A stretch of DNA of 64,000 nt from Desulfuromonas sp. (GTDB lineage Bacteria; Desulfobacterota; Desulfuromonadia; Desulfuromonadales; UBA2294). Where the stretch lies: contig PKUH01000110.1 of the NCBI GenBank assembly GCA_002869615.1, forward strand, positions 41,080-105,079, given 5' to 3'. Below, one piece after another: positions 57,889-64,000 of this stretch. Position 1 is the stretch's first letter; the number at the start of each line of letters is the position of its first letter. A program made the translations under genes and the position numbers. The notes under the pieces are model-generated. The model searched no databases and had not been told where the DNA came from. It saw only the letters and a list, made by a program, of their open reading frames with translations.

Positions 57889-59514
57889 ATGGATAACAAC
57901 CCCAATTCGGCACAACCGGACCTGGCAAAAGTCGGAAGCCCCCCACTTCCGGACAGCTTTCTCAGGAGTGCGGTGCCCAACTGGCTGCTGATCAGCGCCA
58001 CCATCCTGCTGGCGATCGGCCTGTACAGCCTGAGCCGCTACAACTTCCTCCTTTTTCATCTCCTTGTTGAAACATTTTTCATCGTCGTCGCCTTTACGGT
58101 TTTCAGTATCGGCTGGAATTCCCGGCGATTCTCGAATCACAATGCGCTGATTTTCCTCTCGGCGGCGTTTGCCGTAATCGGCAGTATTGAGCTTCTTCAT
58201 TCGGTCAGTTTCCGTGGGATCAACATCTTCCCGGAGATCTCGGCCAATCCGGCCACCCAGCTCTGGATTGCGGCCCGCTACCTCGAAGTAGCTGCGTTCC
58301 TCGCCTCGGCGTTGCTGCTCGGCCGAAAAAAGATGATTTCGCCCTGGCACCTGCTAGCTATACCGGTTTTCACAGGAATTCTGGTTTGCGCATCAATCTG
58401 GCCGCTCGGGCTCTTCCCCGATTGCTATATCGAAGGATCAGGGTTAACCCGCTTCAAGATTGTCAGTGAGCTGATCATTGCGGCGCTGTTCGGCTTGTCA
58501 ATACTCCTTTTCTGGAAAAACAGGGATCACCTTGACCGGCGCGTTCTGAAGCTACTGATAGCTGCGCTTTCTTTTTCGATTGTCGCCGAGCTGACCTTTA
58601 CCCTGTACCAGGATATTTACGGGATGACAAATTTCCTCGGACATTTTTCCAAGCTGATGTCGGTCATCCTGATCTACCGGGTCCTGGTCATCGGAACGCT
58701 CCGATCGCCATACGCTGTTCTCTTTCGCGATCTCAGTCAGGCCAATACGGCACTAGACCTTGAACTGATCCAACGCAAGAAGACCGAACGGGCGCTCCGG
58801 GCAGCCAATCGCGAACTCGACGCATTCGTGCGGACCGTTTCCCACGATTTGAGCACTCCGCTGACCCCGATCGTCGGTCTGCCCGACCTGTTGCTCGAGC
58901 GCCACAGGGGAAGCCTGGATGAATCCTCGATACGGGCGCTCTGTGACATCAGGGATCAGGGAATGCGGATGGCCAGAATCCTTGAAGACCTGGTGCTTTT
59001 TGCCCGCGCCGGCCGACATCTTGACAACGTCGCTGTCGCGCCGCTCGATACCGTACTGCAGAACGTCCTCGAAGACCTCGGCAGCCGGATTATCGAAAGC
59101 GGCTGCCGGGTTGAGGTTGGCACGATGCCGGATGTGTCGTATCCGCGAACCGCGCTTTTCCAAATCTTCAGCAACCTGGCCGGCAACGCCGTCAAGTACG
59201 CTTGCGCGGCAGGGAATCCGATCGAAATCAGCGGCGAAATAATTGAAAATGATGTTGTACTGAAAGTCCGGGATCATGGTCCCGGCATCGCGAAAGACCT
59301 GAGAGAAAAGATTTTTGATGTTTTCTACCGGGGAGCGGAGACCAGGGAGGAGCCGGGCAGCGGCATCGGGCTGGCAACAGTGCGGAAGATCGCCCGTCAC
59401 CTCGGGGGTGATGCCGGCGTCGAAGAGACGCCGGGTGGAGGCGCTACCTTCATCGTGCGGCTCGCTTTGCCGGAAGCGGAACGCCAGCAAGAGCTCGACT
59501 TCGATACGTTCTGA
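57889..59514 (+). CDS. sensor histidine kinase with MASE3-type membrane sensor
   Basis: N-terminus FLLFHLLVETFFIVVAFTVFSIGWNSRRF...TQLWIAARYLE is MASE3-like. H-box VSHDLSTPL and HATPase G-boxes are present. Confidence 0.8.
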   Translation: MDNNPNSAQPDLAKVGSPPLPDSFLRSAVPNWLLISATILLAIGLYSLSRYNFLLFHLLVETFFIVVAFTVFSIGWNSRRFSNHNALIFLSAAFAVIGSIELLHSVSFRGINIFPEISANPATQLWIAARYLEVAAFLASALLLGRKKMISPWHLLAIPVFTGILVCASIWPLGLFPDCYIEGSGLTRFKIVSELIIAALFGLSILLFWKNRDHLDRRVLKLLIAALSFSIVAELTFTLYQDIYGMTNFLGHFSKLMSVILIYRVLVIGTLRSPYAVLFRDLSQANTALDLELIQRKKTERALRAANRELDAFVRTVSHDLSTPLTPIVGLPDLLLERHRGSLDESSIRALCDIRDQGMRMARILEDLVLFARAGRHLDNVAVAPLDTVLQNVLEDLGSRIIESGCRVEVGTMPDVSYPRTALFQIFSNLAGNAVKYACAAGNPIEISGEIIENDVVLKVRDHGPGIAKDLREKIFDVFYRGAETREEPGSGIGLATVRKIARHLGGDAGVEETPGGGATFIVRLALPEAERQQELDFDTF

Positions 59515-59619
59515 GCAGTTATTGACTTTACAAGGTTGATAATGCGATGATTTGCCTCCACGCGGCTGTTAACGATTACGGTTCACCTATGGAACAGAAT
59601 TGATTGTCCGGATGCAGGC

Positions 59620-60243
59620 ATGAAAGAAGAAACTCGAACATCGCGACTGTTGCTCCGCCGCATTATCGCTCTCGGAATCGGCCTTCTCTTCTCGGTTCGA
59701 AAAACCCTGCGCTACACCAACAAACTGGAGCTCGAGCATCCCTGCATTGTCGTCGGATTTCACGATGAGATTCTGCCGACCATCCACTCCCTTGCCGGTA
59801 GCGATTCGGTGCAGATGGTCGCCCACAGCCACATCGGCTACGGCCTTGCCCAGGTCCTGCGTTCATGGGGCTACCGGCAGATCATCCACGGATCGCCGGG
59901 TAAAAGCAGCAAACGGGCCTTTATCAACCTCCTCCGAGAAATTAAAAAAGGCAAAACCGCTTTTATCGCACCGGATGGCTCCCGTGGTCCACGTCATGTC
60001 ATGAAAGACGGACCGGTTTTTCTTGCCAAGCAGGGCAAGGTCCCGATGTACATCATCAGCCCGAAATACCGGGGCATCCGTCTGCGTTTCATGTGGGACA
60101 AGTTCCTCCTGCCCCTGCCCTTCAGCAAGGTCACCTTCCGTTATCAACGGATTGATATTCCGTCGGACAGCAGCCGCGAGGAGTTGGAGACGATTCGGGC
60201 CGATGCCGAACGGCGGCTCGAGGAGATGTGCAACCCCTGCTGA
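59620..60243 (+). CDS. DUF374 / lysophospholipid-acyltransferase-like protein
   Basis: N-terminal TM segment, VVGFHDE (HxxxxD/E-like) and APDGSRGP motifs. Confidence 0.6.
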   Translation: MKEETRTSRLLLRRIIALGIGLLFSVRKTLRYTNKLELEHPCIVVGFHDEILPTIHSLAGSDSVQMVAHSHIGYGLAQVLRSWGYRQIIHGSPGKSSKRAFINLLREIKKGKTAFIAPDGSRGPRHVMKDGPVFLAKQGKVPMYIISPKYRGIRLRFMWDKFLLPLPFSKVTFRYQRIDIPSDSSREELETIRADAERRLEEMCNPC

Positions 60244-60426
60244 AAAGCTGCTACCGAACAGGTTATCAGTAAATCAGCCTGTAACGCCTCGCGTGTACTT
60301 TCCCTATCTCCATTCCTGATCTTTCTGCCCTATTAAAGACTCATAAAAACCACATTCCTTGTCGTCTCCGACCGTCTTCTTTGATATCGGAAAACCTCAT
60401 ACTTCACGAAAACCTCTCAAGCAATT

Positions 60427-60450
60427 TTCTCATACTAAAGTATGAGATTT
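60427..60450 (+). other. perfect 9-bp palindrome followed by T-tract (orphan terminator-like hairpin or protein site)
   Basis: TCTCATACT-AA-AGTATGAGA-TTTT, in the 355-bp non-coding gap upstream of the PilZ gene. Confidence 0.4.
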
Positions 60451-60598
60451 TCTAATCCGGCCGCACCGCTTCTCATGGTTTCAGCTGACGCTGCCCCCGA
60501 ATAAAATCATCCGAAATTCATCCGATCCGGTAATTGTTTTATTACTGATCCAGGCTAAAACTTATCCATAAACCCTGATATCCGGCGATGAGTGAGCA

Positions 60599-60925
60599 AT
60601 GAAAAATACTCCCAATCGACGCTTGACCGAACGTTTCGACCTGATGGTCCCCGTTGTCATTACGCAAGTTGCCAGAGAGGAGACCTTCTATTCTCAATTG
60701 TGCATGACAAAAGACATCTCCAGCCAGGGGGCCTATATCGGATTAACAAACCCGGTACCCGACGATGACGAAGTCTATGTCCAGCTATTGTATCCACTTA
60801 AAAAGGATGGGGGGGTCCTCGAGTACGTGAAGATGACAGCAACCGGAACCATCGTCCGCCGCGAGGCTTGTGGCCTGGCCATTATCTTCGACGAAGAATC
60901 GACGTTGAAACCTTTTTACATATAA
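60599..60925 (+). CDS. PilZ-domain protein (c-di-GMP receptor)
   Basis: RRLTER (RxxxR) near the N-terminus and DISSQGA (D/NxSxxG). Confidence 0.75.
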   Translation: MKNTPNRRLTERFDLMVPVVITQVAREETFYSQLCMTKDISSQGAYIGLTNPVPDDDEVYVQLLYPLKKDGGVLEYVKMTATGTIVRREACGLAIIFDEESTLKPFYI

Positions 60926-60943
60926 GCATGAGCCGGAAAATTC

Positions 60944-61041
60944 GAGAATCTGAAAAGCCATCCCCTTCGTGAGAAGGGTGCGGAAAGCCGAGGATCTTCC
61001 AGGTGCGCCCCTGAAAGACGGCCGGGTTGCCGAAAGTTCTC
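60944..61041 (+). promoter_or_regulatory. candidate GEMM-I-type cyclic-dinucleotide riboswitch
   Basis: Closing helix GAGAAT/GTTCTC. Hairpin CCCTTC-GTGA-GAAGGG with a GNRA loop, followed by TGCGGAAAGCC (compare the GEMM-I core ACGCAAAGCC). Second hairpin GCCG...CTTCCAGG-TGCGCC-CCTGAAAG..CGGC. 3' segment GGGTTGCCG (compare GGGUUACCG). Lies 90 nt before the ATG of the next gene. Confidence 0.45.
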
Positions 61042-61131
61042 TTTATTGAATAGGAAACTTTTCAGCAGCGGTTTGTAACTGTCTCTGAACGCGATTGAAT
61101 GGTTCAGGGGGAAATTTCAAGGGAGGTCATC

Positions 61132-64000
61132 ATGAAGAAGCTTGTGAAGAAGAGATTGGTCATCGTACTCGCCGTAACCGTTACGGCCATGCTATCGGCT
61201 GGCAGCGTCATGGCCGACGATGGCAAATTGGTCAGAAAAAGCCTGTCCCACGAGGGCAACCCCATTACCTATGATGGGTATGAGCTCGAAAACGAGCATG
61301 CATTTATCCACCTGATGAGATTTTATGCGCCGACGCAGGCTGCCAACGGGACCGTGGCAGCCGTCGATTATACCAATGTCGATGGAATCATTGTCGACGC
61401 CAGAGAACTGGCCAAGCCGTTGATCGGTGTCTACATCAACGGTCCGGTAGAGGGTATCGACGGGGTCGGTTTCATCGGCCACGGAAAACGCGACGCCTAT
61501 GGTGCGATCAGCCTCGACGACGGCGTGACCTGGAAAAATACCAACCTGTCAGAATCGGCCGACCAGTCATCGCAGACCCGTGAGGATGACGTGTACCGGC
61601 CCGATATCCCGCTCTTCGTCACCGATGAAGATGCGAGCGGCGCCTACCCCGGTGACGTGGTCAACATCTTCCACGCCGTTGCCGACAACAAGGTCCTCGT
61701 CGCCTGGCCGAGCCGTTTCTGCAGCAGCGGCCAACCGAATTACTCGCTCGACGCAGCCGATGAAGAGACCATGGCACGCCGTGCAGCCATCGCCACGTAC
61801 CTCGGTATTGACCTGGAAACGGCTTCGCCCGACGACATGTATCTGGTTGACATGTACCGGGTTGCAGGTCAGCAGGGCTCGGTCGATTATGCCGAGGACA
61901 AGTGGGAGCAGAACCACGTGGTTGGCGAGGTGCCATTCAATTGCGTCTGGACAGCCCGCGGCGAGCTGGTTGACGGTGACGATCCCCGCACCGATGCTCT
62001 CGAAGGAAGCTTCATGCGCTGGTTCAAAGCCGAGCGGTTGACCTCCGGTCGGCGTGATGCCAACCGCATCGAAGTCAAGGCCGTCCCCGGAGCCGGCTTC
62101 GCACTCACCTGGCAGGAGGACCCCGATGGTCTGCGCCCGGGGCAGGGTGAAGGGCCCGGTGAGGGCTGGAGCGGTGCTATCGGCAACAGCGGAACCGACA
62201 TCTGGTACTCCTACATCGACTGGGAATACTTCGACGTCGTGCAAAATCCTGAGGATGAGACCGGTGCAACCTCGATGACCTTCACGGAATACACCGAGCT
62301 GGCGAATGACACCGAGAACGTGACCCAGAAGCCCAAGCCTTTCGTGCCGATGTCGATGCCGATGCCGATCACCGACAACGCCAAGTGCAACCCCGAAAAT
62401 CCGGCGCCGTACTGCTACGGCAGCGCCCTCAACGGCGTCGTTCCGGTTCCGACTGATTCGTCGGGCACAGAACTCGACCCGCTCGCCTACGGCCTGAAGG
62501 ACATGTGCGCTGACCTCGTCGAAATTCCGACAGGTCCACTGGGCGAACTCAAATCAATCTGCGTGACCGAGGACGGCATCCCGCTCGTCGGCAACTCCGC
62601 CTCGACGCGAGCCCGGCTCAACCTGTTCGGCTACACTTCGGCCTGGGCCGATGCCAATACCATCTCCTCCGGCATCGACAGCTCGTTCATTGATAACGCC
62701 TTTGTGATCGTTCAGGTCGAAGAGGACAAGGGGCTCGGACGGGCTTCGTACCTCAGCGACCCGGAGACCGGGTTGCCGACCGAGGCGGTCTGCCCGCCGG
62801 ATGCCGACGAGAAAGAATGCGTGGCCTGGGACATCGGCAAGAACCAGCGCTATCATTCGTTCAGCATGTCTCTGACCGATGCATTGGCCGGCGACGAGCA
62901 GGACGGGCTGGTTGCCAACCTCACCTTCCCGGGACACCTGCTCAACCAGCCCGAGGTCGGCTGGTCGACCGGTATATTTATCCCGACATTGAACACCTCG
63001 GAAATCTGGGACTTCGGTGATTATAACTTTGATATTTACAATACCGAGATCGCCCGCCGCGGCAGTCTCCTGGCCCAGGATATCTACAAGGTGCACAAGG
63101 ATACCTCCCGGGCAAAGAGCGGCCTGGTCGCGCTCCCCACCTGGAAGCAGGGCCAGATGAACCAAGGGGGGCCGGCGGACGTGATGGCGCGACGCATCGT
63201 CATGAAGGACAACTGGAAGTTATCGCGAGACGGAAACCCTTATGCTTTCCGCAATATGGACTGCAAGAACTGGTCGAAAGAGGCAGCTGACAACCCATTC
63301 TATCCGGGGGGTGTCTGTCTCGACCCGGCGATCAACCTGTCGGGCACCATTCCCGACACCGGGATCAATTCCGCAACCGGCGATGCCGTGACGACACTCT
63401 ACGCCAACGACGACTGCACCAGCAGTATTAACCCGATTCTCCGGGGAATCGTGCAGGGCGAAGGGGACCAGACCAAGGTGCTGACGTGGCATCAGTGTCC
63501 CTCCAACTACGCGGTTGTGGCTTCTAGCGATGGCACCACGGCGACCGAGTGCACAGCGAAGGACAGCACCCTCGACGACCAGTCATGGTACAACCCGTTC
63601 GATGTTGCCAAGGGGCACCGTGGCTTCCTTGATGGTGATTTTGTCATGCTGCTCTACGCCTGGTCGCCCAACTGGCGTCTCAACACCGTCGGCCACGACC
63701 GCTACGAGCTCTATATTCGCCGCTCGTTCGACGGCGCTGACACCTGGACGACGCTACCCGGTAATTTCAAGCATTGGGACGGTTCAACCTGGGCCGGCAA
63801 CGGCACGGTCGTCTGCGAGACCTATCGCACCGCCGACCAGCAGCAGCAAGGCGACTCGACAGAGCCGCGAGTCTGTTATGAATACGGCGCCGGCGCATTC
63901 GAACAGGCCCGAAACGTCACCCAACACCAGTCCATGCGGATCACGACCCTCGACCCACGCTACGCTCCGACCCCATCGAGCATCAAGTCGGAGCTGTTCC
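61132..64000 (+). CDS. large secreted Asp-box (BNR) repeat protein, N-terminal 956 codons; 3' end outside window
   Basis: Not in the supplied ORF track because it has no stop in the window. ATG 61132 follows GGGAGG. Signal peptide MKKLVKKRLVIVLAVTVTAMLSAGSVMA. The frame is uninterrupted and GC3-rich to nt 64000. Asp-boxes SLDDGVTW and SFDGADTW are present. Confidence 0.8.
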   Translation, partial: MKKLVKKRLVIVLAVTVTAMLSAGSVMADDGKLVRKSLSHEGNPITYDGYELENEHAFIHLMRFYAPTQAANGTVAAVDYTNVDGIIVDARELAKPLIGVYINGPVEGIDGVGFIGHGKRDAYGAISLDDGVTWKNTNLSESADQSSQTREDDVYRPDIPLFVTDEDASGAYPGDVVNIFHAVADNKVLVAWPSRFCSSGQPNYSLDAADEETMARRAAIATYLGIDLETASPDDMYLVDMYRVAGQQGSVDYAEDKWEQNHVVGEVPFNCVWTARGELVDGDDPRTDALEGSFMRWFKAERLTSGRRDANRIEVKAVPGAGFALTWQEDPDGLRPGQGEGPGEGWSGAIGNSGTDIWYSYIDWEYFDVVQNPEDETGATSMTFTEYTELANDTENVTQKPKPFVPMSMPMPITDNAKCNPENPAPYCYGSALNGVVPVPTDSSGTELDPLAYGLKDMCADLVEIPTGPLGELKSICVTEDGIPLVGNSASTRARLNLFGYTSAWADANTISSGIDSSFIDNAFVIVQVEEDKGLGRASYLSDPETGLPTEAVCPPDADEKECVAWDIGKNQRYHSFSMSLTDALAGDEQDGLVANLTFPGHLLNQPEVGWSTGIFIPTLNTSEIWDFGDYNFDIYNTEIARRGSLLAQDIYKVHKDTSRAKSGLVALPTWKQGQMNQGGPADVMARRIVMKDNWKLSRDGNPYAFRNMDCKNWSKEAADNPFYPGGVCLDPAINLSGTIPDTGINSATGDAVTTLYANDDCTSSINPILRGIVQGEGDQTKVLTWHQCPSNYAVVASSDGTTATECTAKDSTLDDQSWYNPFDVAKGHRGFLDGDFVMLLYAWSPNWRLNTVGHDRYELYIRRSFDGADTWTTLPGNFKHWDGSTWAGNGTVVCETYRTADQQQQGDSTEPRVCYEYGAGAFEQARNVTQHQSMRITTLDPRYAPTPSSIKSELF

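Noticed and set aside
61030-61070. Intrinsic terminator as the expression platform of the riboswitch candidate (GAAAGTT...AACTTTT).
   Set aside because: The stem is weak, 7 bp and AU-rich with a G-U pair, has a 17-nt loop, and has no separate U-tract. I cannot define the expression platform from sequence alone.
61192-63492. Four minus-strand ORFs (61192-61482, 61567-62244, 62554-63165, 63220-63492), the only ORFs the track lists in the last 3 kb.
   Set aside because: They are antisense shadows of the uninterrupted plus-strand ORF starting at 61132. That ORF has an RBS, a signal peptide, Asp-box motifs and coding-like third-position bias.

Overview
A 64-kb chromosomal segment that is GC-rich and densely coding. 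Its gene content looks like an anaerobic deltaproteobacterium of the Desulfuromonas/Geobacter type, but that is inference from gene content only. Most of it is ordinary core metabolism and signalling.

Main blocks, in order:
- c-di-GMP and sigma-54 signalling: a HEAT protein, an HD-GYP protein and a GAF sigma-54 activator (2-4494).
- A long minus-strand tetrapyrrole cluster: hemB, cobA-hemD, hemC, hemA, a ccsA-like gene, sirC and an SIS-domain gene (5889-13013).
- Housekeeping genes: trxA, darP, dtd, nfo, dapF, rsmE, prmA.
- An RND efflux pair.
- Two two-component systems and degP.
- A hydroxy-acid/ketone-body catabolic region: a GntR regulator, glcDF, a TRAP transporter, bdh-scoAB-thiolase and lutC-lutBA (35.4-48.7 kb).
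- A small AT-rich islet (about 50.55-52.83 kb).
- kefB-like, EamA, MASE3 kinase and PilZ genes.
- A large secreted Asp-box protein gene that runs off the 3' edge.

Observations worth a second look:
1. The AT-rich islet carries an orphan HEPN-motif (Rx4H) protein with an unassignable N-terminal region.
2. A GEMM-I-like (cyclic-dinucleotide) riboswitch candidate lies between a PilZ gene and a 956-codon or longer open-ended ORF. The ORF track omits this ORF and lists only its antisense ORFs.
3. Two conserved genes, cobA-hemD and dctM, are each interrupted by a single in-frame stop (TGA and TAG).
4. Two families of long palindromic intergenic repeats are each present twice. Every copy abuts the stop codon of a minus-strand gene in the same orientation.
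5. Twin ATTGGT-N3-ACCAAT operators tie the GntR regulator to the TRAP/glcDF and lut operons.
6. An orphan DUF5706/PycTM-like membrane protein has no adjacent cyclase.

No rRNA, tRNA, CRISPR array, transposase or integrase was recognised.
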